This document shows positions 45,673-60,611 of a stretch of DNA of 64,000 nt, in pieces. The stretch is from Octopus vulgaris (taxonomy: Eukaryota). Location: positions 10,602,001-10,666,000 of the forward strand of contig OX597837.1 of assembly GCA_951406725.2 (NCBI GenBank). Direction: 5' to 3'. Below the pieces are notes generated by a model that searched no databases, had not been told where the DNA came from, and was given only the letters and a program-made list of their open reading frames with translations. Numbering within the stretch: the first letter of the stretch is position 1; every line of letters starts with the position of its first letter. The position numbers were made by a program, and so were the translations under genes.

Positions 45673-46204
45673 CAATAGACAGTGGTGTTCCGATTAACAT
45701 TGCTAATATTACCATCGGTTTGGTTTTGATGGTTGCCGTTTGGTATTGTTTAATAAAGACACAAATATCGGCTATTATTAGATTATCTCGCACCCGGAAA
45801 AAAATAAAATGAAATAAAATAAAAACAGCTAAAGAAAAATAAATCACATACAAAAATAAATACTCAATGAAATGAGTAAAAAAAAACAACAACAGAAAAC
45901 AAACAAATGAGTGACTGCACCGTTTGACTCTTGGAGCAAACTAAAAACATAAATAACAAAAAGGAAAAAAAGACATCGGCGGCGGCCATATTGAACCGAT
46001 CAAAAACATTCCATATTTTGTGATAACAAATGTAAAGAATGACAAGAAGGGGGTGGAGTGAGGTGTGGAGGGTGAGCGAGAGAGGAAGGGAAAGAGAGAG
46101 TGGGTAGAAGGGGGTGGACGGGTGGAGGGGGAGTTAATAATGAAATATATAATAATAAAACAATGATAATATGCTTTTTTCAGCGCTGTCATCACGATCG
46201 CCAT

Positions 46205-46550
46205 TATCGACGTCGTCGTCGTCGTCGTCGTGGCCGTAACCGTCATCATCATCATCATCACCATCATCATTATCATCAATTCCATTAGCGTCGTCGGCAT
46301 CATCACTAATCATTATCAGCATCATGGTCGTCATAGACATCATCATTATCATCATCATCGTCATCTTCATCATCATCGCCATAGTCATCGTCGTCGTTAT
46401 CATTGTTGCCATCATCATCGTCATCATCATCATCATCATCATCGTTATCACCAACATCATCATCCGCACCATCATCATCATCATCACCACCATCATCATC
46501 ATCATCACCACCATCATCATCATCATCATCATCATCGCCGTCGTCGTCGA
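46205..46550. repeat. (CAT)n/(CGT)n trinucleotide tract
   Basis: Seen directly. Confidence 0.96.
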
Positions 46551-46893
46551 TTTATCGCCATTTTACCCGGTTTAATTTTTATCACAATGTCAAGTATCGC
46601 CATAAAATATATCACTCAATACCAACACTACCACTATCAACACCGCTGTCATCACCACAACCACCTCTGTCATCACTACCACTCACTACCAACGCCAACA
46701 CCCCCCAGTAGGTCACTACTATAACCACCTAAAACAATACCACTCCCACTAACACAGTTGCTACTGCATGGCCATTATTAACGCTACCACTGATGCTATC
46801 ACCACCACTACTAACAGCAAAAACAACCTCTGACATCGCTACCGTCAGCAGCATTATACCGCCAGTACTACCACCATCACTGCAATCAGCTCT

Positions 46894-47227
46894 TGTAAAA
46901 AAAAAAGACTCCGCCGGTTACGACGACGAGGGTCCCAGCTGATACGATCAACGGAACAGCTTGCTCGTGAAATTAACGTGCAAATGGCTGAGCATTCCAC
47001 AGACACGTGTACCCTTAACGTAGTTCTCGGGGATAATCAGCGTGACACAGAGAGTGACAAGGCTGACCCTTTGAAATACAAGTACAACTCATTTTTGCCA
47101 GCTGAGTGGACTGGAGCAACGTGAAATAAAGTGTCTTGCTCAAGGACACAACGCGTCGCCGGGAAACGAACTCACAACCTTACGATCATGAGCCGAATGC
47201 CCTAACCACTAAGCCACGCGACCTCAC
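46894..47227 (-). mobile_element. SINE family C, full length, 12-bp TSD
   Basis: tRNA head, tgtgtccttgagcaagacac CORE-like segment; TSD gcaatcagctct at 46882-46893 and 47228-47239. Confidence 0.92.
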
Positions 47228-47267
47228 GCAATCAGCTCTACTAATAATATCAAATATAAGCAAATAT

Positions 47268-48240
47268 ACAGTAAATATTCTGCACAATACCACAGATTTG
47301 CTTGTCAGTTTGAGCATGTCCCTTGGTGGGTGACGATATGTGCATCTCTGATCACGAGCAGAAGTAGGGGGGGGCATCATAAACATGTGTTGAGAGGGAT
47401 TCTTTGGGGTTTGAATGATTAATCTCTGGAAACATGGGTGTTTTGTTCAACACCTTTAAACAACCCTTATTCAGGGACCTTTTAAGTGTGATGGGTTACT
47501 CGATCTGAAGAAAATTCTAACTAGGCTCCACCTGCAAGGTTATGTGCTGTTTATCTTGATATGCGATCATCATATCACGGGCATGTGGTTGTGATGCATG
47601 TGCCTAGAGTACCGTTATCAGACGGGTAGTCATGATGGGTATATTGGGTTTCGCATACTTGTACTGCAGCATCACTGTGATGGCATTATGCTGTTCTATC
47701 AGAATGCCCTGATGCAGTACCAGGCAGTGGCTCTCATGGCTGCTGATCTTAACTGATTGTAAGTGTCATCATGTACATTGTTTTGTCTTGGTATAAAAGA
47801 TGGGCTACAGCAAATATTCTGCTCAAAACTAGATTTGCTTGTCAGTTGTTTGACATTAACCAGTTGAGCATGTCCCTTAGTGGCTGACGATATGTGCATC
47901 TCTGATCATGAGCAGAGGTAATGGGGGAGCATCATAGCCATGTGTTGAAAGGAATTCTTGGAGGTTTGGACAATTCACCTTTGAAAACATGGTTGGTTCT
48001 TTCAACATCCTTAAGCAATCCTTATTCAGGAACCTTTTGAGCGGGATGGGTTACTCGACCTGGAGAAAATTTTAACTGGGTCCCACCTGCAAGCTGATGC
48101 GCTGTTTATCTTGATATGAGATCACAATATCGCGCACATATGGTTGTGATGCATGTGCGTAGTGTACCCTTATCAGACGGGTAGTCATGATGGGTATACT
48201 GGGCTTCGTATATTTTACCCCAGTGTTACTTTGATGGCCA
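47268..48240. repeat. Head-to-tail pair of an unclassified repeat of about 535 bp
   Basis: 47268-about 47690 aligns with 47807-48240 with scattered substitutions; no convincing ORF. Confidence 0.85.
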
Positions 48241-48683
48241 CCACTATAACTACCACCATTACTACCTGCACCAACACCAAAAACCACCGACACCATTATC
48301 ATCAGCACAACAACCACCAACACCACTACCACCTACACAACAACCGCCAACACTTCTACTACCACCCGCAAAACTAACTCCAAAACCACAACTTAACCAA
48401 AAAGTTCTCTTTGCTGTTTAGGAGATAATTAAAACGCGAGATTTCTTAATTGCAGATGTGATGTGTTGACATTTATGCCTCAACTGAGGTGCACTGGCCT
48501 TTGAAATATCGATCACTTCGTACGGTGCAAGTGCTGATGGGTGAAACCTGATTGAATCGATGGCGGATCATCTGATTGATATTTAATCTATCGATAATAA
48601 TTGGTGATATAAAAGGGTATCCGAGTGCGGCAGGAACTGATTAAAAAACATAGAATCTCTTTTTCACTGATTTTATACATATA

Positions 48684-48722
<39 letters not shown>

Positions 48723-49124
48723 AGATATATAAACATGTATATACATGTATACATATACACGTATGTATATGTATATATATACATACATACATATACATAC
48801 ATATACATATACATAAATACATATATATATATATATATATACATACATACACATACATATACATAAATACATATATATATATACATATATATACACACAC
48901 ATATATATCCACATATATATATATATATATATATATGCTTATATACACACACATATATATACATATATATACAAACACACACATATATACATATATATAC
49001 ACACACACACACACATATATATACATATATATACACACACACACACACATATATATATACATATACACACGTATATATATATATATATATACATATATAT
49101 ACACATGCAGATATATATGTACAT

Positions 49125-49159
<35 letters not shown>

Positions 49160-49433
49160 CACACACACACATATATATACACACACATATATATATACAT
49201 ATATATACACACACACATATATATATACACACATATATATATATACATATATATACACACACATATATATACATATATATACACACACATATAATATATA
49301 TGCATACGCACACACACACACACACAGATACACATATATGTATATATATATATATATGCAGAAAGAGAGATAGCGTAATAAATAGATTGATTGATAGAGA
49401 CAGCGACAGACAGACAGATAAACACATATATTT

Positions 49434-49480
<47 letters not shown>

Positions 49481-49908
49481 CGATAGATAGATATCAATTT
49501 GATGAATAGTATACACAAAGCTCTCGGCTCTCGAGTCACTTTATAACTTTCTGGTAATTAAAAATATTGCGCGCGTGTGTATGTATGTGTGTCTGTATGT
49601 GTAAAAGGGGACATAACCAAATACCACAAATCATTCATTTTTATTTCGTTTAATCCGGCAACTCAACCACTCTCCGTCCCTCTACCACCCTTCCCCAAAC
49701 CCTCATCCACTTCCGTCTCTTTAAGACAGAAATTATTATTGATTTAGACATTTTAAAAGGGGAGGCAATCGAGTAAAGACTATTTATTTATTTATTTTCA
49801 TCTTCGGAATTTAAAACTACTTCAGAGAGAAGTTTTATAGTCTCCGTGTGGGCGGGTCGGGGCGGAGCGGAGGTGGGTGCGTTGGTGGTGGTCACTGTGA
49901 TGCTGTTG

Positions 49909-49940
<32 letters not shown>

Positions 49941-50026
49941 GCCGGTGACGCATTAATAATTATGTTATGTTGAAGAATTTCTTGAAGAGGAGTGGTGCAC
50001 TGTAAAAATTATTTATGGTATTTTCA

Positions 50027-50395
50027 ATAATAATAATAATAATGATAATGATGATAATAATAATAATAATAATAATGATAATAATAATGATAATGATAAT
50101 AATGATAATAATAATAATAATGATAATAATAATAATGATAATAATAAAGATAATAATGATAATAATAATAAAGATAATAATAATAATAACAATAATAATG
50201 GTAATAATAACAATAATGATAATAATGATAATAATAATGATAATAATAATAAAGATAATAATGATAATAATAAAGATAATAATAATAATAATAATAATAA
50301 ATATAATAATAATAATAATAATAATAAATATAATAATAATAATAATAAAGATAATGATAATAATAAAGATAATAATAATAATAATGATGATGATG

Positions 50396-50456
<61 letters not shown>

Positions 50457-50540
50457 TAATAATAATAGAAGAAAATAATGATAACAATAATAATGATAAT
50501 AATGATGATGATGATGATGATGATGATGATAATAATAATA
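50027..50540. repeat. (AAT)n/(GAT)n tract
   Basis: Seen directly. Confidence 0.97.
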
Positions 50541-51317
50541 ACGAGGTTGGTAGTGGGATGTAGCAACATCAAAACCGGGATTGAAACCGTCACTTCGTCT
50601 TCGGTGGTGACAAAGGACAATTTATACTTCTGTTCTGTTATCTTTTAAATCTGAGAGGAGGCGCGAAAAGCAGCTTCTCATTAAAAGGGCGGGGATGACG
50701 ATGATGATGATGATGGTAGCAGTAAATAATGGTGTAAGTGGTGGTGGTGGTGGCAATTATGACATTGATGATGGCGATGATGACGTTCGTACGCTGAAGG
50801 CGCTGGCTGACGGCATCGATGATGACAGCGTTACGATGATGGCTGATAAAGCGTTCATGGTATTGACGATGGTGATGATGACGGTGATGCTACTGCTGCT
50901 AATGGTGGTGGTGGTGGTGGTGGTTATGGCGTTGGTTATAGCGGATGTCGTTAACGATGGTGACGGGGTATTTCAACCTTTACACACACGTTTATACGTC
51001 AGTTTCTATGCACGTGTGTGTGTGTGTGTATGTGTATGTGTGTGTATGAAGTACAAAAACTAAAATTAATGAAAACTAGGTAAAGAAAAAAACAAACAAA
51101 CAAAACGAGATGTATTAGGTTTGACGCTCAGGAAAAAATAAGAAGTCTTTTAACATTTTGAGCAAACGCTCTTCTACGGAGAAGCGAGACGAGGAGAGAG
51201 AAAAAATAGAGATAAAATAACAAACAAGTCTCAATTAGACGGTCACTGCATGTTGAAGAGGAAGAAGTCGGCTTCAGAAGTGGATAGCAAAGGGAACGAT
51301 AGTGACTTGGCATATGG

Positions 51318-51358
<41 letters not shown>

Positions 51359-51683
51359 TATGCTTGTCTATATGCAAGTATATATGTGTTTGTGTATAAT
51401 ACACACACATACGCAACCATATGCTAAATTTGATTTAGCATTTCTAAATTGAATTTTTCCCTGTAAGTTTGGAATAATATTCCCTCAAATTATTATTATC
51501 ATTATTATTATTATTACATACACATATATTTAACCATTTCATATCCTCAGGATTACGACCTTCTACTTGAAGTAATAATTTCAGTTTGGATTTAAATTTT
51601 GTTTATATATTTGCATTAATAATGCATGTTGTGCATTAGAAAGCTGGCTCATCAGATCACAATTACAACGATTCAAGTTAAAC

Positions 51684-51717
<34 letters not shown>

Positions 51718-51795
51718 AATATCCTTACAAGAGGAATGAACCCAACGGAATCTACAGTATTCACCATTGAGTGAGAAAACGGTATGGACGGATGA

Positions 51796-51850
<55 letters not shown>

Positions 51851-51853
<3 letters not shown>

Positions 51854-51895
51854 AGTGGCACAGGAGTGGATGAGATACATCTATATATATATATA

Positions 51896-51939
<44 letters not shown>

Positions 51940-52190
51940 TAAGTAACTTGCTTATCAATCCCATTGGCTCCGGGTTCAGTCCCATTGTGTGGCACCTTGG
52001 GCAAGTGACTTCCACTATAACCTCGGGTCGACCAAAGCCTTGCGAGTGGATTTGGTAGACGGAAACTGAAAGAACCCCGTCGTATATATGTGTGTGTATA
52101 TGTTTGTGTGTCTGTGTATGTCGCCCCTCCCCCAACATCGCTTGACAACCGATGGTGGCGTGTTTACGTCCCCAAAACTTAGCGGTTGGC
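51851..52190 (+). mobile_element. SINE family A with head split by (TA)n, tail lost
   Basis: gcacaggagtgg..(TA)n..tggtaagtaacttgc. Confidence 0.82.
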
Positions 52191-52277
52191 TATAGTTTGC
52201 CAAATTCGTTTAAAATTGAGTGTTTTATTGATATCTGCCTGGATTTTTTAATCCCTTTTTTCCTTCACACACACACG

Positions 52278-52309
<32 letters not shown>

Positions 52310-52644
52310 ATGAAGAAATAAGTGATATAGATATCCACTTTATACAGCTCAGGCGAGTAGCGATCTGATAGAGCTTCAGGAATATAAAATTAAGGAGAGG
52401 AGAAAACAAATTCAAAGGCCGATGTATATAATCATTCAATCCATATTAACGAAGTTCTCCATAGTATACAATATACATACATAGATGCATTCATCTATAT
52501 GATATATAAAAATTTCTAAGAATTTATGAATACATACATATACAAGAACATTTATAAATATATACAATTGCAGCGTGGAAGGTGTTTGTAAGCCATTTAA
52601 GAAACACACAAAACCGTTCGATTCACCTCAACTTTTAAGTTTAA

Positions 52645-52695
52645 TTTGTCAAAATATTTTCGTCGCTCTAAGACCGCGACCTGTTCACTGACAAA
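52645..52695 (-). ncRNA. Variant type-I hammerhead with G3:C8 swap
   Basis: tttgtca-GTGAACA-g-gtcgc-ggtcttaga-gcgac-GAAA-atat-TT-tgacaaa; enclosed by a 42-bp inverted repeat at 52564-52605 / 52715-52756. Confidence 0.72.
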
Positions 52696-53269
52696 AATCC
52701 GTGCTGCATCTGCTGTTTCTGAAATGACTTACAAACACCTTCCACGCTGCAATTGTTTTCGTTTCAGCACACGATCTCAGATCAAATCACTTGCTCTGCA
52801 AGTACATCTCTATAAATATATAAAAATTCATAAATATAAATATATAAAGAAGTGAAAGTCCATAAACGTACTTGCGAAGTCCGAATGTAGAGGGTGATAA
52901 ATCGGATGTAAAATGTTTCATAAGGAGTCTGGAACATGTATAAAGTCTATGTTAATTTTACGGACGTTTTGAAAAGATAATGGGTTGTTAGGGGCGAGCT
53001 AACTCCAGCCATAGAAATACTCTATATTTTCTCTCATCAGAGTTAATAGAATCACAAGGTTAAAATTTTAAAGGAAAGGTATGTTAAATAAAAATCAAAT
53101 GTTTGATCGGACTATTGTATTCGGGAATATGATATTAAGCACAATATAAAGTATATTACGACGCAATATACGAAATAAAGTTTTGGATGAGTCCATAATA
53201 TGAAGACAGGTTAAATTAGAATCCTATAGTATAATTATATTTTTGGAAAATTTAAACGTTGAGAGATAT

Positions 53270-53576
53270 TTGTGTGGCCAGGTAATTAATTATAACGTCG
53301 TGAGTTCAAATCCCGGCGACGCGTTGTGTCCTTGAGCGAGACAATTTATTTCACGTTGCTCCAGTCCACTCAACTGGCAAAAATGAGTAGTACCTGTATT
53401 TCAAAAGGGCCAGCCTTGTCACACTTTGTGTCACGCTGAATCTCTCTCAGAACTACATTAAGGGTGGTATGCATGTCTGTGGAGTGCTCGACCCCTGGCA
53501 CGTAAATTTCACGAGCAAGCTGTTCCGGTGATCGTATCAGCTGGGACCCTCGTCGTCGTAATCGACGGAGTGCCAC
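53270..53576 (+). mobile_element. SINE family C, damaged head
   Basis: Reverse-complement match to 46908-47180. Confidence 0.88.
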
Positions 53577-53758
53577 GATATTTATATATATATAGTTTTT
53601 CCTTGGGGCTGGTCGGATCGGAGCGATCTCAAGATTAATCAGCCGAAATTGCGAGGATGATCCGGTTCTTGACTGAAGATTAGAGGCTTCGAATGACCCG
53701 TCCGTTTTTTGTGTCGTCTATTTTAATGTCCCATTTTGAATTTTTATATATATTTTTT

Positions 53759-53879
<121 letters not shown>

Positions 53880-53908
53880 TACTTATACATATGAAAGTCT
53901 ATGAGAAT

Positions 53909-53979
<71 letters not shown>

Positions 53980-54036
53980 CATGTTTATAAGTTAAATTAC
54001 GCTCACGTTGGTGAACCGCCATTAATAATATGAATT

Positions 54037-54072
<36 letters not shown>

Positions 54073-54384
54073 GTGTATGTTTGTAACGCATTTTATTGTG
54101 TACAATGTATATTGGGCGTTCAGACCATAATGAATATTATTAATACATTAATTAATATTCGCACGGATTACAAACATATGCAAATTTACTTGCATATTTA
54201 CATATGCATAAGTCAGTTTAGCCAGTAGCAGACACCGGCCCACTGTGGCCCAAAGGGAATAATTTTGTTTAGGTTAATGCAAATGGCCTATGTATGTATG
54301 TTACATATTATATATATATACGTATGTATGTATGTATGTATGCATGTAGGTATGGTTTCAAATAAGTATATAATTATATGATAT

Positions 54385-54562
54385 TCTTTTCTTTCATTTG
54401 TTTCAGATATTTGACTGTGGCCATGCTGGAGCACCGCTTTTAGTCGAGAAAATTGACCCCGGGACTTATTCTGTGTAAGCTTTAGTACTTTTTCTGTCGA
54501 TCTCTTTTGGCGAACCGCTAAGTTACGGGGACGTAAAACACACCAACACAAATACAGACACA

Positions 54563-54612
<50 letters not shown>

Positions 54613-54725
54613 CGGGCTTCTTTCAGTTTCCGTCTGCCAAATGTACTCACGAGGCTTTGATCGGCCCATGGTTATATTAGAAGATATGTAGCCAAAGTGC
54701 CTTGCAGTGGGGAGTCAACTCGGAT
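54385..54725 (-). mobile_element. SINE family A, diverged
   Basis: Both halves present around the internal (TA)n. Confidence 0.8.
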
Positions 54726-54751
54726 ATATATATATATATATATATTATATT

Positions 54752-55030
54752 TGCCGTGATAGATCGCTAGCCTGTTTATTTCTACGTTCCTTTCTTGACG
54801 ATGAGCGTAAGGCTCGAAACATAAAAAACGTTAAACTAATACATCTATTTGTTGTTTACGCACACATCTTCGTCTTTTTCTTTTTTCCTTTTGTTTTATG
54901 TAAATTCTCACTATATATATAAAGCTGAAAGATGCTTTTCTCAGGCCTGCAATCGCCTATATTTTATTGCGTCTGTTATTATCACTTTTAAATTGTTACA
55001 CTAGATAATTTATAAAGTCAATATCTTCGC

Positions 55031-55066
<36 letters not shown>

Positions 55067-55158
55067 TTTGGAATTTACAAAAACAAAAGAGGAAGACAGG
55101 TGTGCCAACATCAAACACGTGTATTAGTTTAACGCTCGGGAAGGTGAGAAAGTATATA

Positions 55159-55217
<59 letters not shown>

Positions 55218-55232
55218 ACATATATATAGTAT

Positions 55233-55277
<45 letters not shown>

Positions 55278-55361
55278 TTTATATATATATATGCATATAT
55301 ATATGTTTATGTATGTATATAATATATGTGTGTGTGTGTGTAAGTATATGCCTGTATACAT

Positions 55362-55402
<41 letters not shown>

Positions 55403-55880
55403 AAAGGGCTTAGTAAAATAAATTACTTTGTAAGCCCTTTTATATAATGTAATAATTTGAATTCGCCTTAAATGGTCCCTTTCCATACTGAACACTTGGT
55501 GAAATTGATTAATAATTAATTAATTTTACCCTCAATTGTTGAAATTATATATATATATATATATATATAATGTTTTATATATCTTAGATTATATTTGGTT
55601 TCAAAATCAGTCCATCCGAAAAAGAAGCAGACTCTTAAGAGTGATAAGTGTAATAAGATGGGTGGAGGGGCAATGGCTGATCTATGGGATTACCCTACGT
55701 TTCACGTCCATAAAAGCACTTATCTTTATTTACAACGTTTCTCCAGCCCCAATAACTATTAAGGGTTCTGGAGAAACGCCACTGGAAGAGGCTAAACGCT
55801 TATTGGACGTGAAACCCAGGGTAACCCACGCATGCATAAGTAGGACCGGCGGCCATAGCCATCTTTACTCTAAAGATGTC
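54752..55880. mobile_element. Stack of Penelope-like pLTR tails in (TA)n, including P1 (+54752-54913, -55063-55152) and divergent P3 hammerheads (-55687-55750, +55763-55827)
   Basis: cttgacga-t-gagc..gctc-GAAA; CTGGAGA..ggacgt-GAAA..ggg-TA on both strands. Confidence 0.6.
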
Positions 55881-55912
55881 ATATATATATATATATAAAT
55901 ATATATATAATC

Positions 55913-55967
<55 letters not shown>

Positions 55968-56370
55968 CATATATATATACATACATATATATATATCGTA
56001 TATATATATTTTTATATTTATATACATGTGTGTGTGTATGCATATCCATGTATATATATATATTTATATATATTAATTGTATAAATTATTATATATTGTT
56101 ATTATTATATATTATATATATTAATATTTATATATTTTATATATATATAATATATGTATATATATTATATGTTAATTATTATTTTGATTATATAAAATAT
56201 GATATATATATACTTACATACATATATATATATTATATATCTTTATATATATGGATGGGTGGATAGATAGATACATAGATAGATACATATATCTAATTCT
56301 TGATAATATAATTATAGATGATATATGTATGCAATATTATTTTAGAGAGACTTAGTAATTTTAATATTTC

Positions 56371-56406
<36 letters not shown>

Positions 56407-56677
56407 TGTATGGGTGTATTTGATAATAGTTATTCATAATAGTGAAGACAATCAAAGCACAATACTTATTATTTATTTATACTTTTTCATATTTATTCAT
56501 AGAACGAAAGTTTTCATATTTGTTAAAAAAAAACAACGGATGGAAAAAGAAACAGCTGAAATCCACTAGACGCAAAAAGACGGACGCACACACAGACACA
56601 ATTTACGATATACTTTGGGTACACTACATACACACACACACAGACATATACATATATATATGATATAAAATACATGC

Positions 56678-56720
<43 letters not shown>

Positions 56721-56911
56721 CGTGTATATAATATATATCTATTCATAATGTATTGGCTAAACTGGCAACATGACCATCCCTAAATACAACACTATATCTA
56801 TTATCTATATATGTACTATAATTATATATATTATACTTGTATATATATATATATTATATATTATATATATATACACGTATAATATATACATATATACATA
56901 TTATATATATC

Positions 56912-56951
<40 letters not shown>

Positions 56952-57031
56952 TAATATATATGTATATATATATTATACATATATAATTGTATATAATACA
57001 CACACACACACATATATATATAATTATATAC

Positions 57032-57062
<31 letters not shown>

Positions 57063-57075
57063 CATACATATATAT

Positions 57076-57109
<34 letters not shown>

Positions 57110-57121
57110 TATATATATGTA

Positions 57122-57154
<33 letters not shown>

Positions 57155-57460
57155 ATACATAGAAAGAGAGAGTGAGTGAAAGAGAGAGATGGTACATACA
57201 TATTATTATATATATGAATATGCATATATATTTTATATTATATACACACTCTATACACTCTCGTCATATACATACATGGAATGAATATGTAGACTTTGAC
57301 ATACATGCAAAACCACACACATACATACACAAAAAGAAAACACACACACACACACACACACATAGTCACACACATTACAGGAAGTGATGACACACACGCA
57401 CACACACACACACCAAGTATCAGCAGCAGCAGCTCACCGTGTGAGAGTTAGTAGTAAGTT

Positions 57461-57477
57461 TGAACTCTGCTTGAACC
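57461..57477 (-). promoter_or_regulatory. Perfect DR5 nuclear-receptor element
   Basis: Minus strand GGTTCA-agcag-AGTTCA in a unique island. Confidence 0.4.
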
Positions 57478-58052
57478 CGAAAGATTCTGTCTGTGTGTCG
57501 GTGCGGATTGTGGATGTGGGTGTCGCGATTCTCTCCCTCTCACCTCCACTCTTTACTCCCTCACTCGGTCACTTTGTTTCACTCTCTTAATCTCTCTCTC
57601 CCCCTCTCTCCACACAGTATCTCTCTCTAGTTATCTCTCTTTATGCGCGCGTGTGTGATTGTTCCTTTATACACCACATGTATATATACACAATATATGT
57701 AATGTGTGTATCTATATATATATATATATATATATACTCATATATATATATAATATATATCTATTTATGTATATATACATATATACATATTTTATATATA
57801 AGGTATATTTATGATATATATATATATATATATATACAATCTAATTTCCAGGTTATACATATTATACACTGAGTGTGTGTATTGCATGTACACAAAGGCA
57901 TATACACACATACATGTATATATATTTAACACTGTACAGGATAGATATGTTTCAGTGTGTGTATATTTGTCTCATTGTCTCTCTCTCTCTCTCTCCCTCT
58001 CTTTCCCTAGCTATGTATCTATCCATATATATATATATATATATACATACAT

Positions 58053-58092
<40 letters not shown>

Positions 58093-58100
58093 ATAATATA

Positions 58101-58131
<31 letters not shown>

Positions 58132-58309
58132 GGATAGACAGATACATGTATAATATACACACGGATATATATATATATGTGTGGGGGGGGTGTATATTAT
58201 ATATATATAGTTATAAATATATATATATTCCGTCAATATATGTTAAAGCAGGGTGAAAGATAGATCTTTCTTCCTTCGTTTATCTCACTCACACACACAT
58301 ATTGTGTAT

Positions 58310-58441
58310 ATATCTATCTATCTCTGTATCTATCTATCTATCTATCTATTTATCTATCAATCTTTCTATCTATCTATCATATCTATCGTTCTATCTATCT
58401 ATCTATCTATCTATCTACCTATCTATCTATCTATCAATCTT

Positions 58442-58499
<58 letters not shown>

Positions 58500-58533
58500 A
58501 ATCAATCTTTCTATCTATCTATCTATCTATCGT

Positions 58534-58573
<40 letters not shown>

Positions 58574-58620
58574 ATCTATCTAACTACCTTTCTATCTATA
58601 TCTATCTATTTATCTATATA
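58310..58620. repeat. (TATC)n tract
   Basis: Seen directly. Confidence 0.96.
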
Positions 58621-58900
58621 TATATGTCTTTCTCTGTTTTACTTTTTTCCTCTCTCACTTTTCTTTCAAATCATCATTTTTTCTTCTTTTCCCTTTCTTT
58701 CTCTTTCTTTGCTTTCTTCTATCTTTGTTTAAATTCTATCAGACTTATCGATCCGCGCCTGATCAATGGAGTGAACAGCACCGCCGAACGATTGGGGTTT
58801 TTTTTTTTCTCCTCACCCACCTCACTTCTCTCACTCACTCTCTCTCTCTCTCTTTCTCTCTTTTGTATCTCTCTATCTCTGTCTCTTATATCACTTGCTT

Positions 58901-58943
<43 letters not shown>

Positions 58944-59228
58944 CTGTCTCTTTCTCTCTATCTCTTGTCATCTCTCATCATCATCTCTCTCTCTTTCCCA
59001 ACCTCTTCATCTCCTTATCGTATGACTCTGGCTTTTCTCTCTCGTCTCCCTCTTCCTCCCACTCTCTCTCATCATCATCTGTCTCTTCATCTACCTTCTC
59101 CTCATCTCTTCGTTATCCTTCTCGACTTCTCTCTCCTCATCTCCTCATCTCCTCACTCGCTCTGACATATTGTATCTCTTCTTCTTCTCTCCCAGCCCTC
59201 TTTCCTTCTCACTTTTTACATAACCCCC

Positions 59229-59259
<31 letters not shown>

Positions 59260-59435
59260 ACATACACACATTATAACTTCCTCATCTTTTCCTTCTTCAT
59301 CTTTGTTTAATCTCTATAATCTTTTTATTCACTCCACTCTTCCGCCTCCTCACCCCCCACTATAAAAATATTCTTTTCACTCTTCTCTTTCTCTGTTCAT
59401 TCATCTGTCTCTCTCTCTCTTTCGCTCCCTCCCCT

Positions 59436-59473
<38 letters not shown>

Positions 59474-60611
59474 TATTTATAAATATATATAATACCTTAT
59501 CATTTCTGCTCCCGTACACACACACTCTCTCTCTCTCTCTCTCCCTTTATCTCTCTTATTCTTATCTTTTGTCTTTCCCAATTCTCTCTCTCCCTCCCCT
59601 TCTCTCTTCCTCTATTCCTCATCATTTCTATTTACACACACATTTTCTCTCATTATTTTTATCTTCACTCTCCATCTTTTATTTCACACACACACACGTT
59701 GTCTTCCTCTCTCTCTATCTATCTATCTACCTATCTATTTTTCCGTCCCTTTCTCTGTCCATCCTTCTCACCCTTTCTCTTCTTTCTTTTACACATCTTC
59801 TCTCTCTCTCCTCCCTCTCTCTCTCTAATAATCTTATCCTTTCTACTTACATTCTTATCCTCTCTTTCTCTCTCCCCCTCAGTCTTCTTTATCTTCTCTC
59901 TCTCCTTCTCATATTTTATTTTATTTTTATACTTCTCATTTTCCTTCTTTACTCCCCCCCATCACCACCACCTCCGCCTTCTCCGTTATCCCCAAACTCC
60001 CACTCTTCTCCATTCCAGGCCCCAGCGGGGACGCTTCTTCACTTATTCTCCAGTTTCCACTCTCACTCGTCACTTACACTCCATTCGAACGTTCAACAAC
60101 CCACTCTGCCTTCTCTCTTCACCTACCCCTCTCCCTCTCCCTCCTCCTTCTTTCTCCTCCCACCCCCTCTCCCTCTCTCTTCTCGTACATGTACAACGTG
60201 GTCACGCAAAGTGCCAGCTAGAAATAGCAGCCAAATACCTCCCTCAACTCACACCCACCAACCCACCCACCCTAACACCCTAATTGAAAAACAAAAAAAA
60301 AAAGCACAAGTTCTACAATGTGGACCCATGTTTCGGCTCCCCTGCATATTTAGAGAAAGGCGGTATGATCATGGCTGGAACGCGTTTTGATTATACGACA
60401 ACTCAATCAGGTTCACCGTGTGGCTAAACCACAGCAACTGTTCTTATTTACTGTCACTCGTTAATTACTCATTAATATCCACTCGTTTTTAATTAACCTC
60501 CACAGACCCAAACTCCTGGTTTTTCCCCAAACAGGCCCTCATCACACACATTCACGATTTAAGGCTCCTTCCAGCCACGAATATTGCAACTTTTGGAATT
60601 TTATGGTTTAT

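Noticed and set aside
48440-48560. Possible exon after ttcttaattgcag
   Set aside because: No supported reading frame, donor site or partner exons.
59569-60390. 273-aa ORF
   Set aside because: Pyrimidine-rich low-complexity sequence with no recognisable domain.
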